From the sequence record PP895363.1: DNA of 64,000 nucleotides; one strand, given 5' to 3'. The notes under the pieces are model-generated. The model ran no database searches and had not been told where the DNA came from. It was given only the letters and a program-made list of their open reading frames with translations. The position numbers and the translations under genes were made by a program. Below, piece by piece: positions 54,174 to 62,552 of the stretch (within the stretch, counting starts at the first letter, position 1; every line of letters begins with the position of its first letter). The DNA comes from Klebsiella phage FKP3.

Positions 54174-54754
54174 GAGGGGTAAGAGTGGAGAATACTCATA
54201 ACGTAAGAGAGACAGGTATTGAAGGTCTCCTAATAATCACACCTAGAGTATTTGCTGATGACCGAGGATTTTTTCTAGAATCTTTTAATCAAGCTCGTTA
54301 TGATACTCTTATTGGAAAATATACATTTGTTCAAGACAATCATTCTCGTTCTTCAAAAGGAGTCCTGCGTGGACTCCACTATCAAGAAACAAATCCTCAA
54401 GGTAAGTTGGTGCGATGCACAAGTGGCATGGTCTTTGACGTAGCTGTTGATTTGCGTGAAGGTAGTCCGACCTTTGGAGAGTGGGAGGGTGTGGTACTTA
54501 GCGAACAAAACAAGGTGCAGTTCTGGATTCCACCAGGCTTCGCCCACGGTTTCGTTGTGGTTTCTGATACTGCCGACTTCGAGTACAAATGCACTGAATA
54601 TTACGATCCTACGTCAGAGCGTAGCCTCGCTTGGAATGATCCAGATGTGGCTGTTGATTGGGGATTTGACCTCATCTTTAATGATGACTACTTTAAGCCT
54701 ATCTTGTCCCAAAAAGACCGAGAGGCTAAAACGTTAAGGGAGATCTTTGGATGA
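54152..54754 (+). CDS. rmlC: dTDP-4-dehydrorhamnose 3,5-epimerase-like cupin (RmlC)
   Basis: VLRGLHYQ...PPGFAHGFVVVSD...YDPTSERSLAWNDPDVAVDW: hallmark RmlC motifs; the start may be the internal GTG at 54185. Confidence 0.7.
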   Translation: MQSKCLVRGVRVENTHNVRETGIEGLLIITPRVFADDRGFFLESFNQARYDTLIGKYTFVQDNHSRSSKGVLRGLHYQETNPQGKLVRCTSGMVFDVAVDLREGSPTFGEWEGVVLSEQNKVQFWIPPGFAHGFVVVSDTADFEYKCTEYYDPTSERSLAWNDPDVAVDWGFDLIFNDDYFKPILSQKDREAKTLREIFG

Positions 54755-55593
54755 AACGTTACTTAGTATTGGGAGCGCAAGGACAATTAGGCCAAGCACT
54801 CAAGAAAGTGAAACCCGATGACGTGGAACTCATCAGACCTGATCGTAAACGCAGCGACATTACCAATTTTGAGCAAATCCGTAACTTGATTATTGATGAG
54901 ATGCCAGATGCAGTTATTAACTGTGCAGCTTACACGGATGTTGACAAAGCAGAAGATAACATTCAAGCGGCTTTAGAAGTAAATGCTTATGGTGCGGCTA
55001 ATATTGCTAAAATTTGTAGTGAATTGCACATTGATTTAATCCACATTTCGACTGATTATGTTTTTGATGGTTCATTCCCTGGTATTGAAGGTGCTCAGAC
55101 CAATCCTTTGAACGTATACGGTTATTCCAAACGTTTTGGTGAGGAATTAGTTCATGCCGTTCATCCTGGGGCATTAATTATTCGTACTGCTTCGGTATAC
55201 AGTGAGTTTGGCAATAACTTCCTCAAAACACTGTTAAGTCGTTATAACGCAGGTCAGAGGGAGTTTGATGTGATCTGTGATCATTATTCCTGCCCAACAT
55301 ATGCTCCTGATCTTGCTGAGACGATTTTTACTATGCTGGAGTACGGGGTTGGTGCTAGGATATATCATTATGCAGGCAAGGACTATTTAAGTTGGTATGA
55401 CTTCGCTACAAATATTTTCTGCGAAATAGATACGACAGTTAAAGTGAATCCAATATCTGCTTCGCAATATAATTCCAAGGCACCACGTCCTGCTAAATCT
55501 TATCTTGAAACCAAAGGCTTTCTGAATCCAAAACCAGTAGTCTGCGGTATTAATGAATCACTGAAAGTTCTATTAAATAAGGAGAGAGAATGA
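54751..55593 (+). CDS. rmlD: dTDP-4-dehydrorhamnose reductase (RmlD)
   Basis: GAQGQLG Rossmann, VINCAAYTDVDKAE, ISTDYVFDG, NVYGYSK (YxxxK), IIRTASVYSEFGNNFLKTLL align along the full length with bacterial RmlD as I recall it. Confidence 0.75.
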   Translation: MKRYLVLGAQGQLGQALKKVKPDDVELIRPDRKRSDITNFEQIRNLIIDEMPDAVINCAAYTDVDKAEDNIQAALEVNAYGAANIAKICSELHIDLIHISTDYVFDGSFPGIEGAQTNPLNVYGYSKRFGEELVHAVHPGALIIRTASVYSEFGNNFLKTLLSRYNAGQREFDVICDHYSCPTYAPDLAETIFTMLEYGVGARIYHYAGKDYLSWYDFATNIFCEIDTTVKVNPISASQYNSKAPRPAKSYLETKGFLNPKPVVCGINESLKVLLNKERE

Positions 55594-55856
55594 ATTTTGT
55601 AATCTACGGTAAACCTGACTGCCAATTCTGCAACATGGCTAAACAACTGTTGGAGATGAGAGGTCAGGATTTTAAATATCTTACCTTGGATGAAGATTAT
55701 TCTCTAGACCACATGCAAGCAGTGGTCATAGAGAAAACAGGAGTTCCACCACGCACTTTTCCTCAGATTCTAGTACAGGAAGATGCTGACGTGGACTATA
55801 AACACGTAGGAGGTTTTACAGAACTACGTGAATTCATGGCTCAGATTGCGGAGTAA
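55590..55856 (+). CDS. glutaredoxin / NrdH-like redoxin
   Basis: 88 aa, CQFC active site near the N-terminus. Confidence 0.65.
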   Translation: MNFVIYGKPDCQFCNMAKQLLEMRGQDFKYLTLDEDYSLDHMQAVVIEKTGVPPRTFPQILVQEDADVDYKHVGGFTELREFMAQIAE

Positions 55857-55860
55857 CAAT

Positions 55861-56007
55861 ATGAAAGGTAAACAAAAACGTAAGATCTTTTCTCGTGCTT
55901 TAGCAGCAGAGCTTAAGTCCCACACTAAGAAAACAAAACCGAAACGTGAACCAACTCAAGAACACATGCTTTTTGATGTTCTGGATCATGGTGAGGTTGA
56001 CGCATAA
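55861..56007 (+). CDS. small basic protein (48 aa)
   Basis: MKGKQKRKIFSRALAAELKSHTKKTKPKREPTQEHMLFDVLDHGEVDA; not in ORF track. Confidence 0.2.
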   Translation: MKGKQKRKIFSRALAAELKSHTKKTKPKREPTQEHMLFDVLDHGEVDA

Positions 56008-56014
56008 GGAAAAC

Positions 56015-56515
56015 ATGGCTAGAGTAGTAGATGAGTTTGATATGCTTCGCTTAGATGAAGGCTTAAAGCTAACTGTCTATAAAGATACCCTTGGGTATTG
56101 GACAATTGGTATTGGGCATCTTTTAACAAAAGTCAAAGATAAAGCAGTGGCTATTGCTGAACTGGATAAGCTAGTAGGTCGTAAGACCAATGGAGTTATC
56201 ACTGAAGCAGAAGCACGTGCTATATTCCGAGATGATGTTGATAAGGCAACTAAGCAAATCAAACAGAGTAAGATCCTGTCTCCTATCTACGATAAGGTAA
56301 CTCCTATTCGTAAAATGGCAATCATCAATATGGTATTCCAAATGGGGATTGCTGGAGCAGAATCTTTCCAAAATAGCTTGACATTAGTTAGTAATTCGTA
56401 CTATACTCAGGCTGGTACTAACTTACGGAAGAGTAAGTGGTACAAACAAACGCCTAATCGTGCAGAGCGAGTAATCAAGGTTCTAACCTCTGGAACACTT
56501 GATGCTTACAACTAA
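56015..56515 (+). CDS. T4-type lysozyme (endolysin, GH24)
   Basis: MARVVDEFDMLRLDEGLKLTVYKDTLGYWTIGIGHLLTK: near-identical motif layout to the T4 e catalytic Glu/Asp/Thr region; ORF-track 55946-56515. Confidence 0.85.
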   Translation: MARVVDEFDMLRLDEGLKLTVYKDTLGYWTIGIGHLLTKVKDKAVAIAELDKLVGRKTNGVITEAEARAIFRDDVDKATKQIKQSKILSPIYDKVTPIRKMAIINMVFQMGIAGAESFQNSLTLVSNSYYTQAGTNLRKSKWYKQTPNRAERVIKVLTSGTLDAYN

Positions 56516-56551
56516 CAAAGGGGCGTAAGCCCCTTATTAAGGAGCGGTACT

Positions 56552-57307
56552 ATGGGAAATAAACCAGCAAAAACTCGTCGTCAAGAGTTAGCAAACAATG
56601 ATAAACGCGAAAGTCGCTACGCACAAAAGGCTGTAGGAAATGACGACTATCGTTTAGACGAATTTTATCCTACCGAAGCGCAACAAGACATTGTACATAG
56701 TATGGTGTGGAATGATTTGACTATCGTTACTGCCCCAGCAGGTACTGGTAAAACATCCACAGCCCTATGGAAAGCACTACAAATGCTCCGTGCAGGAGAC
56801 TATCGTAAACTTATCTTCCTTAAAAATCCAACGGAAGTCGGTGATGACCAGATTGGTTTTTTATCAGGGGATAAAACAGACAAACTGGCAGCCCACTATG
56901 ATTCAACGAAACGCATCTTCCAGCAGTTCATGACCGCGAATAAGCTAGAAAATGATATTTCTTCTGGTAAGATTGAGCTTAATATTCCGAACTACATGCT
57001 TGGTGCCACCCTGGATAACTCCATTGTTTTAATTGATGAAGCACAGCTCATGTCCCCGGATACTTTAAAGCTTCTCGTTGAGCGAGCAGGTATTAATACT
57101 CATGTTGTTGTTCTTGGAGATATTAGGCAAACATATGCTATTAAGAAACGTCCTAATGGTCTAAAAGATCTTCTAGACCATCTCGTACCAGAAGATGAGT
57201 ATGGTGATAGACAACCTATCGTAGACTTTATCGGTTATGTAGAAATGTCCTCGGATGAAAACAAACGTTCTCGTCTTTCTAAGTTGATGACAGACGTTTA
57301 TAAGTGA
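56552..57307 (+). CDS. phoH: PhoH-like ATPase
   Basis: PAGTGKT Walker A, IVLIDEAQ Walker B-like, 251 aa. Confidence 0.75.
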   Translation: MGNKPAKTRRQELANNDKRESRYAQKAVGNDDYRLDEFYPTEAQQDIVHSMVWNDLTIVTAPAGTGKTSTALWKALQMLRAGDYRKLIFLKNPTEVGDDQIGFLSGDKTDKLAAHYDSTKRIFQQFMTANKLENDISSGKIELNIPNYMLGATLDNSIVLIDEAQLMSPDTLKLLVERAGINTHVVVLGDIRQTYAIKKRPNGLKDLLDHLVPEDEYGDRQPIVDFIGYVEMSSDENKRSRLSKLMTDVYK

Positions 57308-57345
57308 TAATAATAAGGCAAGGACGCCACTTTTAAGGAGAGATA

Positions 57346-57837
57346 ATGGTTTTTGTTGAGATTGATAAGAATGGAATAGACGAGTGTTATCAAGCAGGGT
57401 TAGTAAAACCCAATGAGTTTAGACAAATTTGTAGTAATCTTATCGAGCAGGAAATATCTTTAAGATTAGAAAATCTGACTTTAAGACAAAAATTTAAAAT
57501 GTTTTTATCGTGGATTACAAATAAAAATTATATTTTAAGCTACTATCAAGAACTTTCTGATAGTAATGGGAGCTTACTTGAGTGTATAATAGATATAGCA
57601 GGCTCAACTCCTGAGCTTCTTCTTTTAGATGAAGAAGAGAGTAAACTATTGTTCTTAAGTAATATATTCCATAAAAAATCTTTGCTAGTGAGAGAATGCA
57701 GTGATTTACTGAATCATCCTCTGGCAGTATCCAGTAAAATAACAGTAGATAAAGAAACATTGCGAGCCATTGATTATTTAAGAAAATACACTAATGGTGG
57801 CAAAGCTGTTCTTAAAACACTTCAGGAGGAGAAATAA
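57346..57837 (+). CDS. hypothetical protein
   Basis: 163 aa ORF. Confidence 0.3.
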   Translation: MVFVEIDKNGIDECYQAGLVKPNEFRQICSNLIEQEISLRLENLTLRQKFKMFLSWITNKNYILSYYQELSDSNGSLLECIIDIAGSTPELLLLDEEESKLLFLSNIFHKKSLLVRECSDLLNHPLAVSSKITVDKETLRAIDYLRKYTNGGKAVLKTLQEEK

Positions 57838-57838
57838 T

Positions 57839-58465
57839 ATGACAACAATTATTGCAACAAGAAATAAAATCCTTAGTGATGGTAAAGTGACTGTAGGCTC
57901 CAGAGTAGATCAATACAATTTTAAAAAAGTAAGAAAAATTGGTGATTATCTTGTAGGTGGTGCAGGTCGTTTATCTTCTATTTTAACTTTTTTCTCTTGG
58001 TTTGAACAAAACCTACAATGCCAAGCCGCACAGGAAGCTATTCCAGGTTTAATGATTCAATCTGATCCAGACAAAGAAGATGAAGAATTTGTAGCACTTG
58101 TTGTTCATCCCGATGGTAAAATTTTTATTCATGAAGGAAACAATCCAGCACGTGCAATGCCGATAGAAGCTGAATACTACGCTGTAGGAAGTGGAGCAGA
58201 TTACGCTTTAGCAGCATTAGATAGTGGCGCTACACCAGAAGTTGCAATGGATGTCGCTAAACTGAGGGATGCTTTTTCTGGAGGAGATACCTTCACAGAA
58301 GAGCAAAAAGTTCCCGTGGATATTACTGACGAGGATCTCCGTGGATTCACCCGAGCACAACTTTTAAATCTCCTCCTTACAGGTAGCCCTGATGGCGAAG
58401 AAGGGGATAGAATTCTGGCTGAAGGCTCAGATGAGACAGACGCATCAAGTAGTGTAGACAACTAA
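57839..58465 (+). CDS. HslV-like Ntn-hydrolase peptidase
   Basis: Begins MTTIIATRNK (Thr2 nucleophile exposed after Met removal, cf. HslV MTTIVSVRRNG); ...YAVGSGADYALAALDSGA... parallels HslV IAIGSGGPYAQAAARAL; ORF-track 57794-58465. Confidence 0.5.
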   Translation: MTTIIATRNKILSDGKVTVGSRVDQYNFKKVRKIGDYLVGGAGRLSSILTFFSWFEQNLQCQAAQEAIPGLMIQSDPDKEDEEFVALVVHPDGKIFIHEGNNPARAMPIEAEYYAVGSGADYALAALDSGATPEVAMDVAKLRDAFSGGDTFTEEQKVPVDITDEDLRGFTRAQLLNLLLTGSPDGEEGDRILAEGSDETDASSSVDN

Positions 58466-58467
58466 TA

Positions 58468-58495
58468 AAAATGCCCTTCGGGGCATTTTAAGGAG
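58468..58495 (+). terminator. weak terminator-like hairpin
   Basis: AAATGCCCTTCGGGGCATTT followed by TAAGG (short U-tract). Confidence 0.3.
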
Positions 58496-58500
58496 GAGAT

Positions 58501-58935
58501 ATGTTACCTATCCCAGTAGAGTTTTTTGATAAACAAGTATATGCTTATCAGCAAACATGTAAGCGTGCTGAAAATTATTTAAGTTATCTTTCTAACAAGC
58601 GTTACGTTTTAACTGAGAAGTTAAGTTGGTGGAGAACACGCCAATGGGAGGTTAATGCTTTTGGAGAAATGATGCACGTTGTTGGTTCTCTCGATAATGC
58701 CATAGAATGGCTACTTCAAGAAGATAAGATATCTCCTTTAGATTATCAACTACTCAAGTTCTATGAATACTCTGATATGGTAGATGCTTTATTAGAAGTA
58801 TTAAAAGCGCGTGAGGAAAATCAGGTAATTCCTGTATCTCTGGAGGAGTTTCAGGTTCTTATGGATATTAGCTCCTTTGAGGAAGATCCTGATTTAACTA
58901 AAGAGGATATTTTAGAAATTGGCAAACAACTATGA
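58501..58935 (+). CDS. hypothetical protein
   Basis: 144 aa ORF. Confidence 0.3.
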   Translation: MLPIPVEFFDKQVYAYQQTCKRAENYLSYLSNKRYVLTEKLSWWRTRQWEVNAFGEMMHVVGSLDNAIEWLLQEDKISPLDYQLLKFYEYSDMVDALLEVLKAREENQVIPVSLEEFQVLMDISSFEEDPDLTKEDILEIGKQL

Positions 58936-59428
58936 AAGGCCGGATAATGATTTTTATCCTACCCCACAAAAGTGTATAGATAGTTTATTCGGTATTATAG
59001 ATTTTAAAAATCTTGTGGAAGAGGGATGGACTTTTGCTGAACCTTGTAGAGGTTTAGCAAATGCTATCTATCAGCATTTTCCAGAAGGATCTGAATATTG
59101 TGAGTTAGATGAGGGGATAGATTATTTTAATAGTAGTTGGAAGAGAAAGCCAGATGCTATTATCACAAATCCTCCATTTAAACTGGCATTACAATTCTTA
59201 GAGAAGAGTCTACAAGAATGTGATGTATGTATATACCTCCTTCGTTTAGGATTCTTAGAATCCAAGAAACGTAGGGAGTTTCATAAAAATAATCCCCCTA
59301 ATCATTTGATCGTTTTGTCAGAAAGACCCTCTTTTGTTGGTGGCGGGACAGATAAAACAGCATATGCGTGGTATGTTTATGACCCTAAGAATCGTCTAGG
59401 GCTTACACAACCTTTCTATTTTGTATGA
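58919..59428 (+). CDS. small amino-type DNA methyltransferase (N6A/N4C), TTG start overlapping upstream gene
   Basis: DNDFYPTP near the N-terminus and catalytic NPPF tetrapeptide; 169 aa. Confidence 0.45.
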   Translation: MANNYERPDNDFYPTPQKCIDSLFGIIDFKNLVEEGWTFAEPCRGLANAIYQHFPEGSEYCELDEGIDYFNSSWKRKPDAIITNPPFKLALQFLEKSLQECDVCIYLLRLGFLESKKRREFHKNNPPNHLIVLSERPSFVGGGTDKTAYAWYVYDPKNRLGLTQPFYFV

Positions 59429-59439
59429 GGAGAAACTAA

Positions 59440-59663
59440 TGGAATCAACTTTTAATTTTAACATCTCGCTTATCTTTACAGAAGATGATGACTTGAGCCT
59501 TAATATCACTACAGATTCAGACGGTATTGAAACTATTCAACAAGCAGCAATTTCTATGTTCTTCAAAGAAGCTATGACGGCACAAACAGAAAGCATGGCT
59601 GGACTGGCTATAGAGTACGGGAAGATTGCTAAAAGTCTTCAGGATGAACGAGATAACTACTAG
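59440..59663 (+). CDS. hypothetical acidic protein
   Basis: GAGGAG RBS then ATG 59440; ORF-track 59421-59663. Confidence 0.3.
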
Positions 59664-59671
59664 GAATAAAA

Positions 59672-59875
59672 ATGCCATACAGTTATTACTTAGTGTACAC
59701 TAATGAAAGTACTAAGAAGGACACGGGAACTAATGTCTACGCTGCTAATGAACAGCAAGCAAAAGATATTGGTGCTGTTCTTCTGTCACGTATAACAGGA
59801 AAGAATATCACTCCTGATAAAGTTTTTGTTGATGAAGAATCAACTATTCAGGAAGATGATATCACAACCACTTGA
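59672..59875 (+). CDS. hypothetical protein
   Basis: 67 aa ORF. Confidence 0.25.
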   Translation: MPYSYYLVYTNESTKKDTGTNVYAANEQQAKDIGAVLLSRITGKNITPDKVFVDEESTIQEDDITTT

Positions 59876-59924
59876 CATACGATGAAGAGTAGTGCATACT
59901 CTTCATAAATAGCAGGAGGGCATT

Positions 59925-60587
59925 ATGAAATACGTACTTTATCATCGTCTATCTAAAAGAAAACAACAAGGTAATCAATACGGTATTGAAGCTCAAGAGA
60001 TTGACATTCAAAGATTTCTTGATACTCAAGAAGATTGCACTGTTATTGGTAGTTTTGCTGAGTACTATACGGGTAAAGGCGACTGGCGTCAGCGTAGGGA
60101 ACTTGTTAAAGCTGTTAACCTATGTAAGCAAACAGGAGCCACCTTAGTTGTTGCTAAGGTTGACCGTTTAGGACGTAACACAGCATCCGTTGCAGCTTTG
60201 CTGGAAATGATACAAGTGCGTGTAGCTACAATGCCTTCCGCAGAAAACATGATCATTAATATTCTTGCAGTTCTTGCAGAAGAGGAAGCAAAAGGAATCT
60301 CTGATCGTGTTAAGAAAAGTTTAAAAGTAGCTAAAGAGAAAGGCACTCTCTTAGGTGCTGCTAATGAAAAATACCATAGAACAGATTACTCGAAGAAGGA
60401 ACATACTAAGTACTCTTTGGAGTGGGCAGAAGAATTTAAACCATTGTTAACTGCATACAGATCTCAAAACATGCCATTTTTAACTATTTCAAAAAGGTTA
60501 AATGAGGCAGGCAAAAAAACAATAAGAGGTGCAGCTTTCGATGCAAAAGCAGTACAACGTTTATGTCACAAATTAGAAATAAGTTGA
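59925..60587 (+). CDS. serine recombinase (resolvase/invertase family)
   Basis: N-terminal YHRLSKRKQQ (Y-x-R-x-S nucleophile motif), VVAKVDRLGRN; 220 aa with a C-terminal HTH-sized domain. Confidence 0.55.
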   Translation: MKYVLYHRLSKRKQQGNQYGIEAQEIDIQRFLDTQEDCTVIGSFAEYYTGKGDWRQRRELVKAVNLCKQTGATLVVAKVDRLGRNTASVAALLEMIQVRVATMPSAENMIINILAVLAEEEAKGISDRVKKSLKVAKEKGTLLGAANEKYHRTDYSKKEHTKYSLEWAEEFKPLLTAYRSQNMPFLTISKRLNEAGKKTIRGAAFDAKAVQRLCHKLEIS

Positions 60588-60596
60588 GGAGACCTA

Positions 60597-60793
60597 TGGA
60601 ATCATTACACGAAGAACAAATTACAAAAACGTTCTTATCTATGCGAGAAGCACTTGATTATATCCAGTTTATCGCAAAAGATAGGGTTTTAATAGAAACT
60701 TCTCCAAATGGTTGGAATGTTTCTTATATGGCAACCAGATGTACTGTAACATCTCCTACGGAAGGAAGTACTGAGGTAGATGTTACTAGTTAA
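60597..60793 (+). CDS. hypothetical protein
   Basis: GAGGAG RBS; ORF-track 60563-60793. Confidence 0.25.
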
Positions 60794-60802
60794 GGAGCAC
60801 AT

Positions 60803-61375
60803 ATGCCTTTGGCTTTTAATGGTAAAATAAACACAGACAGCATCTTAAAAGCTGTCGCAATCCTACAAAATAATTTTAAAACTTATAATCTACCTATTTG
60901 TGTAGACTTTGATCATGTCTTTGATCAGAATTCTCCTACTAAGTGTATAGCTCGTAGTAATATTGATAATCCAAAAGAGAATTTGTTTTATGTAACAAAT
61001 CCTTCTCAAGCTGTTATTAATCAAGTAAGATCTGGGTTATTGACGAGTGGTAAGTACTTTTCATTACTTCCTTGTCGATCATTATCTTTAGAAGATACAA
61101 CACACTATTCAAATAGTTTAATAGTAACTGCATATGTTGTAGCAGAAACAGATCCTATCGCAGAACTTGCAAGAGAAGTAAAATCATTGTATAATGCTAT
61201 GGGGATAGCATATACTATATTTACATGCGAGGATATGACTCATTGTATGGAGTTCATTGTAAATGGTATTGTTGTATGTCGTGTGGAATGCTATGCAGTA
61301 AATGAGAAATATATAGCTGTTGCAACTGTTATTGTCGAGCCTACCTTCAGCTACGCTGTTGGAATGACTTATTGA
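60803..61375 (+). CDS. hypothetical protein
   Basis: 190 aa ORF. Confidence 0.3.
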   Translation: MPLAFNGKINTDSILKAVAILQNNFKTYNLPICVDFDHVFDQNSPTKCIARSNIDNPKENLFYVTNPSQAVINQVRSGLLTSGKYFSLLPCRSLSLEDTTHYSNSLIVTAYVVAETDPIAELAREVKSLYNAMGIAYTIFTCEDMTHCMEFIVNGIVVCRVECYAVNEKYIAVATVIVEPTFSYAVGMTY

Positions 61376-61384
61376 GGAGAAAAA

Positions 61385-62121
61385 GTGAAACTTTATGAAT
61401 TTATTAAATTGGAGGATGATAAAGACTTATTTATCATAGGGGATTTACACGGATGTTACGATCTCTATAAAAAGGAGAAAGAGTTTTAGGAATTAGAGAT
61501 ACAGATTATGTTATTTCTCTCGGAGATCTTACTGACAGGGGTAAACAAAATCTGCGATGTGTAATTGAATTCACACGTAAGTCTAACCGTTTTGCTATCC
61601 GTGGTAATCATGAAGATATGCTAATTAAAGGCATGTTAGAAGGTAGTAGAGATTACTATGAATGTTGGTATCAGAATGGTGGTCATACTGTTTGGAGTGA
61701 GCTTGGGGAAGATGGTGTTAGTCTACTAGCGACAATGGTAGAAAATCTCCCCGTTGTTTTAGTAGTAGAACATAGAGGTAAAAAGTTAGCATTTATACAT
61801 GGAGGTTATCCTTCTGCTTATGAATATTTACCAGTAATAGAGATACCTAATCTAGGATTATCTAAGGAAAAGGAAAATATTTTTGCAGAGTCTTTAATGT
61901 GGGATAGGGATATGATTTCCTGTGCTCAGGAGGGGATTTCTTTGCCTGAAGTATTAGGCGTAGACTATGTGTTTCATGGTCACTCTTATGTACCTGAACC
62001 ATTAATAAATGCTAATCGTATATACATGGACACAGGAAGTGTATTCAATAACAACCTCACCTTCACATATTTTAATATGGAAGGAGAATTACAATTTTAT
62101 TCAACTCTTGAGGAGGATTAG
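61385..62121 (+). CDS. lambda-type Ser/Thr protein phosphatase (metallophosphoesterase) requiring a -1 frameshift near 61468-61474
   Basis: GTG start after GAGGAG. Frame A gives ...IIGDLHGCYDLYKKEKEF* (TAG 61487-89). Frame -1 continues GERVLGIRDTDYVISLGDLTDRGKQNLR...AIRGNHEDM... through to 62121. The junction lies in TAT_AAA_AAG. Confidence 0.5.
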
Positions 62122-62288
62122 TGGTTACAATCAATAATAGCCAACTCAAAGATGAACACAACTATTGTCCACATTGTGGCGGGTTAGTTAACTTCAAAGA
62201 ATGTCGTGTTCTTTTGGTTAGCCCTCCGATCAGACAATACTATTGCTCAAGCTGCCACAAAGTGGCAATATCTATTAGAGGAGATTAA
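62121..62288 (+). CDS. small zinc-ribbon protein (55 aa, GTG start)
   Basis: CPHCG...CSSCH; GGAGGA RBS overlapping the upstream stop. Confidence 0.2.
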   Translation: MVTINNSQLKDEHNYCPHCGGLVNFKECRVLLVSPPIRQYYCSSCHKVAISIRGD

Positions 62289-62543
62289 ATGTACAAAATA
62301 ACAATCAAAGAAACTGTCGGTGAAGTGACTAAAGAAACCACTATCGAGACAGACAACCTTGAATTAGCCAAAGAGATTTTGGTATCCGAGGAAATTATCA
62401 AAGTGGAGACAGATGTCCCTAATGAAAGCATTGATCCAGATGTAACGAAGCTAAGAGACATTTGGAAACAGCAAATCGAAGATATTTGGAAAAATCCACA
62501 AATACCTTATACTCTAGGTAATCCTTTTACTGTTACCTGTTAA
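62289..62543 (+). CDS. hypothetical acidic protein
   Basis: 84 aa ORF. Confidence 0.3.
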   Translation: MYKITIKETVGEVTKETTIETDNLELAKEILVSEEIIKVETDVPNESIDPDVTKLRDIWKQQIEDIWKNPQIPYTLGNPFTVTC

Positions 62544-62552
62544 GGTGACATT

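Noticed and set aside
59925-60587. Serine recombinase as evidence of a prophage/integrase
   Set aside because: Too short for a large serine integrase, no att-like repeats or lysogeny regulators nearby. The surrounding genome is typical of a virulent phage.
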